From Ascidiella aspersa (taxonomy: Eukaryota), in assembly GCA_963924565.1 (NCBI GenBank), contig OZ004610.1:5828001-5892000 (forward strand): a stretch of 64,000 nt of DNA. Reading direction: 5' to 3'. Each line of letters starts with the position of its first letter. The stretch's first letter is position 1. The notes under the pieces were generated by a model. It worked only from the letters and a program-made list of their open reading frames with translations, had not been told where the DNA came from and made no database searches. Position numbers and translations under genes: made by a program. This document shows, piece by piece, positions 1-13,017 of the stretch.

Positions 1-43
1 AACATTATAAACCATAGGTGAAGTATAGTTTGCTTGGCCTTAG

Positions 44-3000
44 GTTGTCGGAGATTTCGAATGGTATTGTAGTCAAAAGATTGTTTTCAAATAGTTTCAC
101 CTTTCAATGGCTAGACTTCGACATGCTGCGGTAAGCGCTTGAACCCAACTTTAAAAACTCAAATAGTGAAAATAACTTGACATCATTGACTGGGACTGAA
201 ATATATTTTGCAAATGACATCACTGAAGTCATGTTAAAATAACTTGTGCGCAACAATTAACTTTAGAAAATTTTATAAAAACATTACGCGACGAGGATTC
301 AGTAAGTGTGAACCTTGGACAGTTATTCCAAAAAGACCATTGAACCATTTCGCATAAAATATCCTGGTTATTTTCCGTCTCAAGTTATAATTTTAATGTT
401 GTCACAAAAAACCTTGATTTACTGCAATTTTTGGTACCATTTCTTTTGCCATTTCTGGGCCTAAAGACATTTAGGAATTATTTTTCACGCAGCGGATTGC
501 TCCAAGAATATTCTCACCGGCGAAAACGGCACACTATCTTCGCCCGACTATCCACAGCCCTACTCTAAACTCAGCAACTGCCAAAGAATTATTAAGGTGC
601 GTCTTTTATACTTGTCGGCGAGGCCGTTTAGGAAAAATACTTAAAACAAATTTAGCGTATAGCAAATTTTGATTATTTATCAATTTGCTTATCCATACTT
701 TTAACAGGTCGGTTATGGCAATGAGATCGAAATTAGATTTGACCCTTTGTTCGACATTGAAGAACATTACCAAGAAGGTTGTGCCTACGATTGGATAAAG
801 GTATATAATACTACTTTTTATGTCGGACTGTCGACAAAACGCATACATCTGTATTGTAGTGCTGTACTGTACTGTATGGGATAAGTTGGATGCTTTTTAT
901 CCTCCAAGTTAAGGTGAATCAAAGATGTTAAAATGCATAAACTACTGCATAAACTAGTTATATTGCTTTAAGTGAAAAACAATCAAAAATTGTTTGGAAA
1001 ATTTTGATCACCCCTGATAAATTATACTTGAAATGCTATTTGACCGTATTTTGTTGTTTTGTATAAATTGTATATTATTTTTTCTCAGTTAATCCTTCCC
1101 AACAATAATGTAAAGTATTGTGGCTCTGTGGCGCCGAACAACGGATCCTGGATAAATCTACATTCTTCAAGCGTAATCGTGGAGTTTCACTCTGACATGG
1201 TTACCGAAAAAGCCGGTTACAAACTGGAATACAGAGCAGCAAGTAAACTTTCGTTTTGTTATTAGTTTTGGCCTAGTTGTGCCACTTTTCATGACATCTG
1301 CAATCCGAATTGGGCGCTGGTCTAGAATCCTGCCACAGCGTTGAAACCATTATTAAAGCAACGCACAGTATTTGGGTTAGGGTGTTGATTAGTGTTTAGG
1401 TGAGGGTGGGTCAAGTGTTATTATTTAATAATATTGCATAACTTACCCAAACCTAGATGCTAACCCGCACCCTAACTCAAATGATATTCGTTGTGGTAGG
1501 ATTGTAGACCAGCGCCCCGAATTGTTTTTTAGAACAGCGATGTGACTCGGAAATAGTTGGCGCTTTGAACAACGGATCTGTAATCGACCTAAACGACAAA
1601 GGATTTCATGAACACGAAGATTCCGTAGAGTTCAGATGCAATGTTGGATACAACTTGGTCGGATCGTCTACATCGAGTTGCCAAGCAGGCAATTGGGTCC
1701 CGCCGCCGCCAACTTGTCAAAGTAAGAAATATCCTGATAGTTATTACTTAGTAAACACTCGTCAGTGTTGTAAACAGGGCTGCGAAGTCGGTTAAAAAAA
1801 CCCGAGTCCGACTCCGGTGAAATGTGCGATTTCGTCGAATCCCGATTCCGGCCCTGACTCTACAGCCTTTATTTCGCCAACTTACGTAACTAACATAACG
1901 TAGATATCAGCAATCCACTTATTGGGCTATCTTACAATTCATTCACTCACATTACCTGGTTGGAAAATATTTCACATTATGCTATTTCACTTCTACAATT
2001 TCCAGTTGGCGGTCATATCAGTCTTAAAGTTTGAAACTGCGCATGCGCATGCAGGACTCGGGACTCGAGTAGTTTTGCGTGGTCTTACTCGAGTCCCGAG
2101 TTCGACTCCAGCAAAACAAATCGACTCCTCGAGTCCCGAGTCCGACTCCGACTTCGCAGCCCTGGTTGTAAACAAGTTATTTTAAGATGACTTAAGTTCC
2201 AGTCAGGTCATTTTGTTAATCTACCTAAGTATTTTCGAATAAACAACCCAGTCCGTGTCATCCGTTGCCCAGAACAAGTCCAATTCAACTCATAATTAGA
2301 GCAAGTCAACACCAAGCCAAGTCCTTGTTATTAAAATGAAACGCTATGCTATTAAAATTGGCAATCTCTTTCGATTATAAGCAATACCTCAACTAAACAA
2401 AAACGCACGTATAGTAAGCAAACTGGTTTATGTGCAAAAATTACGATGAATATCCTAATTTTATGAAAAAATTGTATCTTATTTTAAGCCAAGTAATGTT
2501 CAAAATATTAAACACCGCATTGTAGACGAAAGAAATATTGTTAATATAAATGTTGGTAAAGTTTTTTTTTTTCAAATTTAGAAAATTTATTTTAATTTAG
2601 TTGTTTAGTTATTTCGTTTATCTCAATAGCTATTAACGGTAGTCCAATTGTTATTACTAAGTGAAAGCTGTTCACCATATAATTATTGGTTCTCAGCCTT
2701 CAGTGAGTTGTGGTCCCGTTCATGAGAGCTTAACCCTATGTGACCACCCTTGGTTAAACTTTACAAAATATTGTCTAATAGAACTTTATAGTGGAGCTAT
2801 CAAAATAAAAACAAACATTTCTAGTTTAACTGGCCTTCAGTTAAAAAGTAAATGCTAGTCCCCCCACAGGCTGTTATAGATCACAGTTCTGTGTTAGTGT
2901 TTTATAGACTTGCTACAGTGCTGCATCAAGTATTGATGAGTGAAAAACATTTCCGCGATTTGCTGACCTGAATAAAAGTAGCCTAATTAACTATCATTCA

Positions 3001-6000
3001 TTTCCAATGATTTTTCAGTTGTTTATTGTCCCCGACCGGCGAATCTACTTAACATCGATAAAACTGTCGTTCAAAACATCGACAACATACAGCTACATTT
3101 CAATTCGACCATCGTTATTAACTGCATTGAATGGTAAGTGTAATGTATGTTGTGAATTTGCTTTTTACGTAACGATTTATGATACAAAAACAGGAAATAG
3201 TTGAATGTTTAAAGAGGTAGCATTATACAGCACTAAAAATAATTCAGATTATTGTTGTTTGTGTGAAAATTACAATTACGTCTTTAAAGAGGGAAATAAC
3301 TTTGAGTACAAATACATATATTAAATGGTAAAATTTTGCAACCTAAACTAGATAAACGACCATTTTATCTTATCTTTTGTTTTCCCAAAGCATTTTATTA
3401 AGTGTTACCAATATGGCTAAAGCTAGGGGTGTCCGATAAAAGGTAGCATATTATAGGGCTGTACACTACAAATTAATTCAGATTATTGTTTTTTGTGCTT
3501 TGCGAAAATCATTTACGTCTTTAAAGAGGTACAGAACTTTGAGTACAATACGTATATTAAATGGTAAAAATTTGCAACCTAAACTAGATAAACGACCTTT
3601 TTTAATGTTAGGTTTCCAATGCATTTTATTACGTGTTAACAATATGGCTAAGCTAGGGATTTCCGATACTTTATGATACGCGATATTCTACCACGACCTT
3701 AACTTGTACCAAATGACGTAACTACTATGTTTAAACCAGCAAGAGAGGAAAAATTAAAAAAGTTTATTTGTAGTTTTTCAGGTTATTAGGTCAAACTCTT
3801 CTTAAAAAGTTTATTTGCCGCCAGTTGATAACCTGTAATAAAAGAAATATTTTTGCGAGTGGAAATCGTTGTGTTGGATCACAAATCATGTTTTGTTTTT
3901 TGCTGACATTAATTCAGTATAGCAATCTTTGTAAATGGCCGTATTTGTCTAATTCGAAATAAAGTATAAAAGTATACTTTGAACATATGAAGCACGGTTG
4001 TGCGAAAGCTTGTCGATAACTGGTCTTTATACAGTGCCACCATTCCTCTAATGCAGAATAGTAATCGTATTATCCGAAATCCTTACACTCATCTTGCAAA
4101 AACGCGGCGGTATAAGCCGCTGAACTTAGCCGTTTACCGACTACTTCATACTCATTATATAGGTACAGGATGGCGTCCGGGTCTGCAGAGTGGTTCTGCA
4201 ATCACGATGCAACTTGGCAACCACGAAAAAAATCGTCGATATTTCAGGACGACAACCTTCCAATATGCGAACCACGTGAGAAAAAAGCCCGATTGAACGA
4301 AACTTTAACAAAGACTTAGTCTAACGCGAGCGCCCAATACATAAATAAAATTAATTTGGTACGTGTTTTAGGATCTCTGGAGCACTGATTTTCTCTTGTA
4401 GACTATCGAAAGTTTTCGGTACGACACTTAACACATTCAGAATTTCAGACCGGAGTTGGATCAATTGTAATTTGTAATTGTAATTAATGTAATTAATTAC
4501 AGTTTTTAGTGTAGGCCTAGCTGTAAGTGTAATGTAATTGAGATATTTTCATTCTGTGTAACTCTAATTGTAGTTGTAATTTGCTAAAATTTTGGCTCAA
4601 TACATTGATATGGAGAAAATTGAAGTTTCAATAATGTTCAACATTGTTTATTTTCTTTCGGAAGCGACAAGACATAAACTGTTTGCCATATTTTAGCAGC
4701 AATAAAAAACTTGGTAAATTGCATTTTTGTCATGGCAATTGATAGAATTAATTACAGTTTTTAATGTAATTGTAGTTGTAATGCTGAATTAGTGTAATTG
4801 ATCCTACTCTGATTCAGACATTCTCAATCTGCTACTTCAAGGTATACAAATAATGGCAGTCTGTTGTTTTTTTAGAATGCGGCGTTAAAACGCAAGTCGG
4901 TGGTAGGTCCATCTTAGGTATACATATCATCGGTGGCAAGTTTTCCAGAGTTGCCGAGTGGCCTTGGATGGCTTTCCTCGATCTAAGTTTGTACTTTGAT
5001 ACATTGGAAAAATATTTACAAAAAACTTTCATTTAAACGAATTATGATTAAAATACTTTGATAGGCTACATTAGAAAAATATTCACAAAAAAAAATTGAT
5101 TTAAATAAATCATTATTAAGATATTTTGTTACACTAAAAATGTATTCAAAAAAACTTGATTTAAAAGAATTATTATTAAGATGCTTTTTCCGGCTAAATT
5201 TTGCTGAAATTTATCCTTAAAACTAGAATCTATAAAACCTTGAAATGTTGTAATGACAATTTTTACTGAGAAAATATCTTCAGATGGTAAATTACACAGT
5301 GTCTGTTGCAGACAATATATTATAATTATTGCTATTCACACATTTATCTGATTTTACAGGAAAAAAAGGTTTGTCAACACAAAAGTCTTTCTGTGCCGGC
5401 TCGCTCGTACATGAACGCTATGTGGTGACGGCAGCCCATTGCGTAATGAGGTTAGAAAAAATGCAACAAAAATTTTCGCGTTTCACTGCAGTTTATTCTT
5501 ACTATTGTTTTTCAGTGGCTCCGGTTTCTCTGTTTATCTTGGGGTGACCGACCGGTCGAACTCTTCCAATCCTCATGTACAGGTTCGTCCAAAAAAAACG
5601 ATATTGCTTGGCTGGTTTGAAACCGTATAGTCTTTAATCTTTTGGAAATTTCAAACTTTTTTGAATTATTTTGTCCAAAGGTTTGCGTTTTGTCGGGCGA
5701 AGATCTTCTTTAGACTTTTTGTCGTAAATCAAGAGCAGTCTACAAAATAAAATGGTCGTCAAAATGGCACCTTCAGTCTCTTTCTATATGTCGAATATGT
5801 AAAATTAAAATAGTTCGTCAGATAATAATAGAATAGCCGTAAACTGCTAGCCTGCTTGTCGTGTTTTTTTTTTTTCTTTTAAAACTCTGGACACATATTT
5901 CGTTTCATTTTTTAACAAAAATTGTATGTTTTAGGTTTTCAACGCTGAAGAGGTTTATTCGCACGTCAACTTTTCTTACCCTCTTGATTACAATAGTATC

Positions 6001-9000
6001 ATGGACAGTGACATTGCTGTGATCAAACTCAACGCCAGTGCAGTTATCGGAAGATACGTATGTCATGTTGGATGTATTGCTGGAAAGCAGTGGTTCTCAA
6101 ACTTTTTGTTCACGCCACCCCCTGATTCAGCGTTCGATAACTTACGCGCCCAATCTTTTGGGTGAATGTTTCATAAACCAGAATCAAATAGAATCACATT
6201 CAACTAAGCAAAATGTATACATTATGACTGTTGGTTTCTAAATTTAGCAAAAAACTCCGGATCGGAGCTCCGGATGAAATTCCGGAAATAAGCACTATAT
6301 CTAGCTAAAGTTGCGGTTTCAGCTTCCATTCGTAGCACTCAGCTTTTAAGGCCCGTTTACACTACAGCTGCACTGAGCTGAGCAAAGTGTAATTTGCATT
6401 TAAATTCTATTGTGGCGAGCGTTTCAAGCTTTGCTAAACTCAAGCCCCGTGCAGCAGCTGCAGCTAGCTTAAAGTTACGCTTTGAAGCGATTGTTACGCC
6501 CAGCGCAGCTCACTGCAGCTGTAGTGAAAATAATTTCACGCTCAGTGCAGCTCAGCTCCGCTCAGTGCAGCTGTAGTGTAAACGGGCCTTTATTAGACAC
6601 TGTTTGACTGAAGCTTTGCTTGATTCATTTAAAAAAAACATATTGGTGCAGTAACAAACACGGCTGGTTCACTGCAGCAAATGCCACATTATAGGCTAGC
6701 TTTTGCTCCTTCTAGTGCTAAAATATTAGTTCACATTGTTGTTGCCAAGTAGATTTTTTCCGTTATTAAATACTCCACGGAGACCCCCCAGACAACCCTT
6801 TATAACTTAGATTGGGAACTACTGCTCTACAGAATGTAGGACTATATGAATAATAAATTTGAATGTATGGATTGGAACAAGACGACATGTAGCCTTTTAA
6901 TATCGATCTTCACATTATAATAGTACAATGATTGCCACATGTTTTTTAAATTACTGGTCATTTGTGTGTTTACAGTTTTAAAGGCAATTAAATTCATCCC
7001 AATAATTTCCTTTTGCTTGGAAGAAAAATTAATAGAAAATGTAAGATAAACAATCAATGAGCAACGGGAAGTCGTTGCAATATTTTCGGGCTTGGTTTGT
7101 TAAGTTCTTTAGCGATTTTTTGCTAGATTGTACGTTACATGTTTACAAAAATTTGACATCATGCGCTTTAAAATCATTGGCTGCCTTGAGTTCTGGTAGT
7201 TGGTTAAGTACTTGTGAGGTATAAATACTATATATCAACTCATTACAAAGTGTTGAAATGCATTTTAAAACAAAAGGTGCGACCGATATGCATTCCAAGG
7301 AGCGACCGCCAAAAAAATCTTCCACAGCTTGGTTTGCTCGACAGTCCGGAATATCAAAATCGTGGAGTTATCGCTGGATGGGGTTTAACAGGTAACGATG
7401 TTCTCAAAACAGCCGCAATATCTACGAACATAGTTATGTTACGATATGGTGTTAATACAAAAACGTCTTATGTTTTTATTGTTAATATAGCCCAGGGATG
7501 GCGAACCACTGTCTCGCGAATCAAATAGATTCTCAGAAATATGTTAATTTTTTTAAGACCCCCAAGGGATCCATGGACCCCAGTTTAAGAACCCCTGTTC
7601 TAAATGGTATTCCACTTAACCAGTACTGTAATGTTTCAGAGTATGGAACACCGTCTCTGCGATTAAAGCAGACCAGAGTTCCCTTTTTTAACCACACAAC
7701 ATGCCGAAGAGTCTTTGCCCTTTCAAAAATAGTGGACGCGTCGACATACGCCAGAATAAAAATCAACCATAACATGTTCTGTGCCGGATTTTTGTAAGTT
7801 GTCAGAATTTATCTTGTAGGTAGTTTTGCGTGATGCTGCGAATTTTGCAATTGATTGTTTTTGCCAATCGTTTTCTGAAAACCTTTCTAAAACCATGTTT
7901 TTTAGTACTCTATTGATTTGGTTTGTGTTGAAGTTCCTATTTCCCAATAGTTTCTACGTGCTGTTGAATGAAAATATATCGATTGTCCGAACAAATTTAA
8001 TATATAGTTTTTAGTAAGCCTATGTGTGATTTATATATATATATATATTTTATATATAATATACAACTATAATGGTGCCAGATAATTCTCAATAGAACTA
8101 TAGTTACACATAGAAGATATGACAAAAAAGCTTACAGGTTAAGTATAGTTTAATAGGTGTCCCCAGTGTCAAAAAGGGGTTCTTCTTTCCTGCAGAATGG
8201 CTGCCGTTCGGCTTTGGCTTTCAGACAAATATTTTGACTAGATCTATTAAAGCTAACCTACAAAATATTATAAGCAAGACGATTTACTGGCTCATAAATA
8301 ATACACATTTGTTTGGATAGTGTATGCGTTATCCCTATAGTGCAAAGTGGACCCTATATTTTATTGTCAGTCATTTTTAAATTTAAACAACGGCGCCCTT
8401 TAAAAAAAGGACGATTAGGTTAAGAATCACCTAAAGACCGATCTGAGTAAGGAATTTAGTTACATGACTTTGCCAACAAATATAATAACTTACAGAATTA
8501 GAACTATTGGAGATCTGCTATAAAACAACGGAATGTGTTCACATAAAAGCAAAAAGTCATTATGTTAGATTAACTAATATATAAATTTTATTTTTCGGTT
8601 TAAGATAATAACACAGTCCAGCTCTTTATGCCCAGTCGAAAAAAAGAATCTTATTTTTGAAAAAAAAGCAACGTAATAAAGTACTAACAACGGCAAATAA
8701 AGTACGAACATTGCAGAGCAATCATATTAATGTGGCATTATTAAAAAATTACTCTTTGTTGTGCTTTTCGTGTCACGCGTTTGTAGACCACAAACCTGCA
8801 GTCCTACAGGAAATGAAGGATCAACCGGGTTATTTTCTTTGTTTTACAGCTACAAGAGTCGCGACTCGTGCCAAGGCGACTCAGGAGGACCGCTCATGTA
8901 CCGCGACCTGAGAACCAACCGTTGGTTCCTTAATGGAATTGTTTCGTTTGGAACTAGTCGCAATTGCACGCCTGTCAACGTCCTCGGCGTGTACACCAAA

Positions 9001-9042
9001 GTCGGAAATTTCATATCGTTCTTGGACGAACACATCATCTAA
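44..9042 (+). CDS. Modular trypsin-like serine protease, MASP/C1r-like (...CUB-CCP-CCP-SP); 5' end lies outside the window
   Basis: Phase-consistent GT-AG exons: 44-130, 267-301, 493-596, 708-800, 1089-1242, 1533-1721, 3019-3133, 4163-4275, 4876-4986, 5360-5450, 5516-5582, 5935-6057, 7277-7391, 7640-7793, 8850-9042. CUB: GTLSSPDYPQPY..FDIEEHYQEGCAYDWIK..VEFHSD. Two CCPs: FRCNVGYNLVG..WVPPPPTC and YCPRP..LPICEP. Activation motif IIGG..EWPWM. Catalytic triad TAAHC / DIAVIKL / RDSCQGDSGGP with S1 Asp. The first two exons are less certain. Confidence 0.9.
1313..1516. mobile_element. MITE family B (GGCGCTGG TIRs, 8-bp TSD; Merlin- or hAT-type)
   Basis: TIR ggcgctggtctagaatcct..aggattgtagaccagcgcc; TSD ccgaattg at 1305-1312 and 1517-1524; palindromic gggttagggt/aaccc core. 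Related copies at about 12130-12476, 17731-17942, 47906-48173 and 59880-59940. Confidence 0.85.
1775..2164. mobile_element. hAT-type MITE family A (GAGTCGGACTCG-rich)
   Basis: TIR cagggctgcgaagtcgg / ccgacttcgcagccctg; perfect 8-bp TSD gttgtaaa (1767-1774, 2165-2172). Confidence 0.9.
3217..3668. repeat. Diverged tandem duplication of about 235 bp in a protease intron
   Basis: Two copies of ggtagcat...aattcagattattgtt...tattaaatggtaaaa...aaactagataaacgacc...gctaggg..tccgata. Confidence 0.75.
4451..4810. mobile_element. MITE-like element with internal GTAATT repeats
   Basis: Inverted ends cggagttggatcaatt / aattgatcctactctg; internal low-complexity (gtaatt)n. Confidence 0.6.
6088..6824. mobile_element. 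hAT (Charlie-like) non-autonomous element carrying a nested Harbinger MITE
   Basis: Ends cagtggttctcaaac / gattgggaactactg; TSD degenerate. Confidence 0.6.
6349..6589. mobile_element. PIF/Harbinger (Tourist-like) MITE
   Basis: Long TIR aggcccgtttacactacagctgcactgagc / gctcagtgcagctgtagtgtaaacgggcct with TTA target duplication. Confidence 0.85.
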
Positions 9043-10984
9043 CGCTAACCTATATAATATCTGAGCGCATTGCATGCTGTACAGTACACATGGGAGCCTA
9101 TCGCAAAAAAGCTTTATTACAAAATGCAGCCGGTACATGTATCAAATGCTTTAAATTAATATTTAAATAAATGACGATGGGTCGCATATCAATTAGTTAC
9201 CCGGCCAAACGCACAGCCATGTAAACAATAAGGCTGGACAAGTTAGAATAGAATAATTATATAATACTGCTGGATGAGCAACACTCGGTTATATATTATG
9301 CCTGGCAGGAATAGCCTGTTTCAAGTTATAGAATAGGTTCACAGAATTATCAACGTGTTAAAACATAAATGGCCAGAGCAAAAACACTCCGGCTGCGCAA
9401 AACTTTTAAATCGCTGCAACTTATTGTTTGGCTTGAAAACGCTGTAATTCTTGCTTTATTAGCTTAAATCAACCGAACCTACAAAGGTTACATGGCAAAA
9501 TGACCCCAGTGTAACCGCCGTGCCAACTTGTTTGAGTTTCCGGCTATATCCCTGGCTCAATGTACGCCAGTTCAACTCAAACGTATAGCTACGGTTAATA
9601 AATAGGCGATTGGCTATAAATCTTACCTTTGATAGCGGCCCACTTGCATTTAACTACCCGCAAACAAAATAATCTCAACTCTGTCAGCTCTATTCTAATT
9701 ACTTAATCAATTGCAGTTAAAGTTTATGATTCTTGCACGCACCTTATTTGTTAGGCTACTCTGTTTGCACTAACTGTATTTAAACAAAGCAAAGCGTATA
9801 CGTTTAAAACAATTTTGCAAAACCGCTTTGCCTTAAATCATAAACGGCATAACAACGGTGATATTTGAAATGTTCTACAAAGCATTGTAAAATCGAAGTA
9901 CTGTATTACAAAATAAATCTATTATGAACAAAAAGCATTTGTGTTAATATCAAGCTCCTTAATTCTATTTGTATACTTAGTAGTAAATAAATTAAATGTT
10001 CTAATTATTGTGCCATTAAATCGCTAAACTAAACATTAAACTAATTGCGAGATAAGGTGTTTTGTTTATTCCTTATACAAAATGCGCAGAAACTCCTAAA
10101 AATGTCCCCGCAAAACAACGAGTCAAAGACGTCATAATAAATTTCAAAGACGTCATAATAAAAAGCCTAGACTAAATTGGAAAATTGTATAAACATTCGC
10201 ATGGGATTCTTGTTAAAGACGACTTAAAACATTATTAATTCGTTTAATTGTTTGGGGATTATGGACTTTTTGATACACCCTGTAGGGGTAGCTTTATTTC
10301 TTAATGAGACCAATACCGAGCGTTTAAAGGCCTTTTGAATTTTGCAGCTAATACCAATATGGATTAAACTTGTTGCTAGCGATTTTAGTTTGTTATTCTG
10401 AAATCTTGGTTTATTTTAACTTTTAAAATTGTCGGCCACCTAATGTCAATTTTCCAGGTGTTTAATCATGATTGGTGTTAGTCAAAAACATACTGTAAAG
10501 GGATTTTGTCAGAGTAAGATTGTTGTGGAGCGGGCCTTAAAGTTAAGCTTACCGCTGGCCACATATTTTCGATCTATGGGCCGCATTCGGCCGCAGGCTG
10601 CCAACACCTGACATGGCTCATTAGAAGTGTGTTTAAAGAAAATACAGCTTGATTGATTAGATCAACGTATGATAAGGTGTGTATCGCCTTTGACAATTAT
10701 TTTAGCGTGCACCAATATGCCAATTGACATGCTGCAATTTACTCATTAACGTCCAATACTGCCCTCACGATTCACGTTGACCATGTGCTTTTACATCATT
10801 TATATTGAATGATATGTGAAATATTTACTTACACAAACATTTTTTATGATTGGAAATCGACTGGTAAAAAGGCGGAGAAGAAATCACGGAATCCAAAAAG
10901 GTTTCGCCATGAAATGGTTACACAAAACCGAACGAGACAAATATTTACATTGTGCACGTAATTTCGGTATATTTAACCAGTAAA

Positions 10985-12794
10985 TCAGATGCTGGTGACC
11001 GGCCTGTTTTTCACATGTTCGGCGACGCCGGGATTGGAAAACACGGCGTTCTTCAAAGCGTTAAGACGCGGTGTAGCCTCCAAAATGTCTGCTCGCAGAG
11101 ATTGGAGATAGTCGACGCTGGTGGCGAACACAATGTCTGTGTAGCTCACCTGAAAAGACCATTTTATGAATAATTAACAAACTTGGCGACCCACTTATTC
11201 GCTAGCACTTCTACATAAAGCGAACGCTTTTCAGCGGTGTTTGTTTGAACAGACAGGACGCGGTTTTCTTAGGTTATCGTCGCAGCATCATTTTGTATAG
11301 GACTTTGGGCAAGCTACGCGACGGCATTACGGAGCTGTAATATGAATAAAAAATTAAAGTTTACTTTTATAACATAAGGTAACTAACTGGTGAAGATTTC
11401 GTCTAATTTGCCGCTTCAGAGGTCGATTATCGTCAGGCCTTTGCGTACATACATAGTACTTGCCTGAGGCAAAAAGTAATCCCCACAAAGCTGTTGTTCG
11501 AGGATCACCAACTTAGGCGGAATCTTGTCGTTCACAGCAATGCTCATCAGCTCTTTCTGCACGAAATTAAAAACATCAGATAAAAATTCAACATTAAAAA
11601 AGTGATTTTATAACTCAACCCAACTGAAAAACGCCGCGTAAACAAGTGGAGGAGTGAAATGTGAGGCAGAGGTTTATTAATGCTGTTATAAGAGTGCATA
11701 CTGCCCACACAACCTTCAATCCATGACTACAAAATAACTTTCTTACAAAATTGGAGCAATTTTCGTTTGAATAAGTTCAATGTTTGGTGATTTTTTTTTA
11801 ATTCTAGTGCCACAAACAATTTAAAATCAGTTTCCTCTAAAATATTTTTTTGTTATTTGCCTTTTTTTCTGGGTCGGATTCGGTCCAAGGCAAAAGCTGC
11901 ATAATGTCGCGCATCGCTTCGCCGACTTCATCGGCCTTCGCTTCTTCGAGTGGCGTTTTTCCATTCAAGTCGAAAACGCGTGCCAAGTAGCGGACGATGG
12001 CTGAGCTTTGCGACATGCTATGCCCGTCTACCTCCAACACTGGCAACTGCTTGTAAGCCGTTTCTGCATGCAAAACACAAGCCACAGTCGTAATAAATGT
12101 TTGTGGATAGTTTTAATAGCTTTTGGTGTCGCCGTTTAAGAATCCTACCAAAATTATTAAATCAACGCACAATATTCAGGTTAGAGTGCGAGTTAGCATT
12201 TGGGTGTGGGTGGGTGAGTGAAGTATTATTATATTCATTATTTATTAATTATACTTGGCCCACCATAACCGACACGCTAACCGGCACCCTAACCCAAATA
12301 ATTGAGTTGTGGTAGGATTCTAGACCAGCGCCATAAATTAATATGGGAGAATAAACATAATAATAAAATTTGACCCACCCGAACCCAAACCCTAACTCGC
12401 ACCCGCACCATAACCCACATAACGTTAGCAATATAAATCCCTGGGCAAATATTTGGCAGGATTCTAAACCAGCGCCGGATTTTCCTTACATTTTAGAGCA
12501 CTATTTACTTGTAATTAAAAAAAATCAAACTGTTTTCATTTAATTTTATAACGCTTGGAACGTTAAAAGTTTACTATACATGCTGTAAGCACCTTTTTTT
12601 CTATTGGTCAAACGCCGCGCAATACAGTGGCACATAAATTCTTTAACAAAGTTCAACTTACTGTCCTTCAATGCTGGCCAGTCTTTAAATTGAATTCTGT
12701 TGTCCTCATATTGAACACCTTTGAAAGCGAACAAAATGCGAATCATTTCGCCTCTGCCTTTGAGGTCGAAGTAAGTTAATTTGTACGAAGGCAT
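10985..12794 (-). CDS. Glutathione S-transferase, sigma class (197 aa, 4 exons)
   Basis: Exons 12794-12662, 12063-11861, 11556-11464, 11149-10985 total 594 nt. MPSYKLTYFDLKGRGEMIR (catalytic Tyr), QLPVLEVDG..SQSSAIVRYLAR, N-capping motif VSYTD, C-terminus VKNRPVTSI*. Introns 2 and 3 use GC donors. Confidence 0.93.
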
Positions 12795-12900
12795 CTTTCG
12801 ATGAGTTGAACTTCCGAGTTACAAGCGACAGTAATACGTTACAAGCTAGCAGCAATCTGTGTCAATGTAGAATGTCGTTTGGTCGCGTATAGGCCTACTA

Positions 12901-13017
12901 CTTATACTCTCTCTAGCCATTGCGCCATGAGTAGGCAATTCGGCTTCAATTCAATTGCTCTGGCTGTAGGCTACCAACTTTTTAATTTTTGTCAAGTCAT
13001 TTCACGATGAGCAAGCA
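12901..13017. promoter_or_regulatory. Candidate GST promoter: TATA-like box plus two ARE (CNC/Nrf2-sMaf) motifs
   Basis: TATAAG on the - strand at 12901-12906. ATGAGTAGGCA (12927-12937) and ATGAGCAAGCA (13007-13017) fit RTGABnnnGCA and have AT-rich 3' flanks. Confidence 0.45.
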
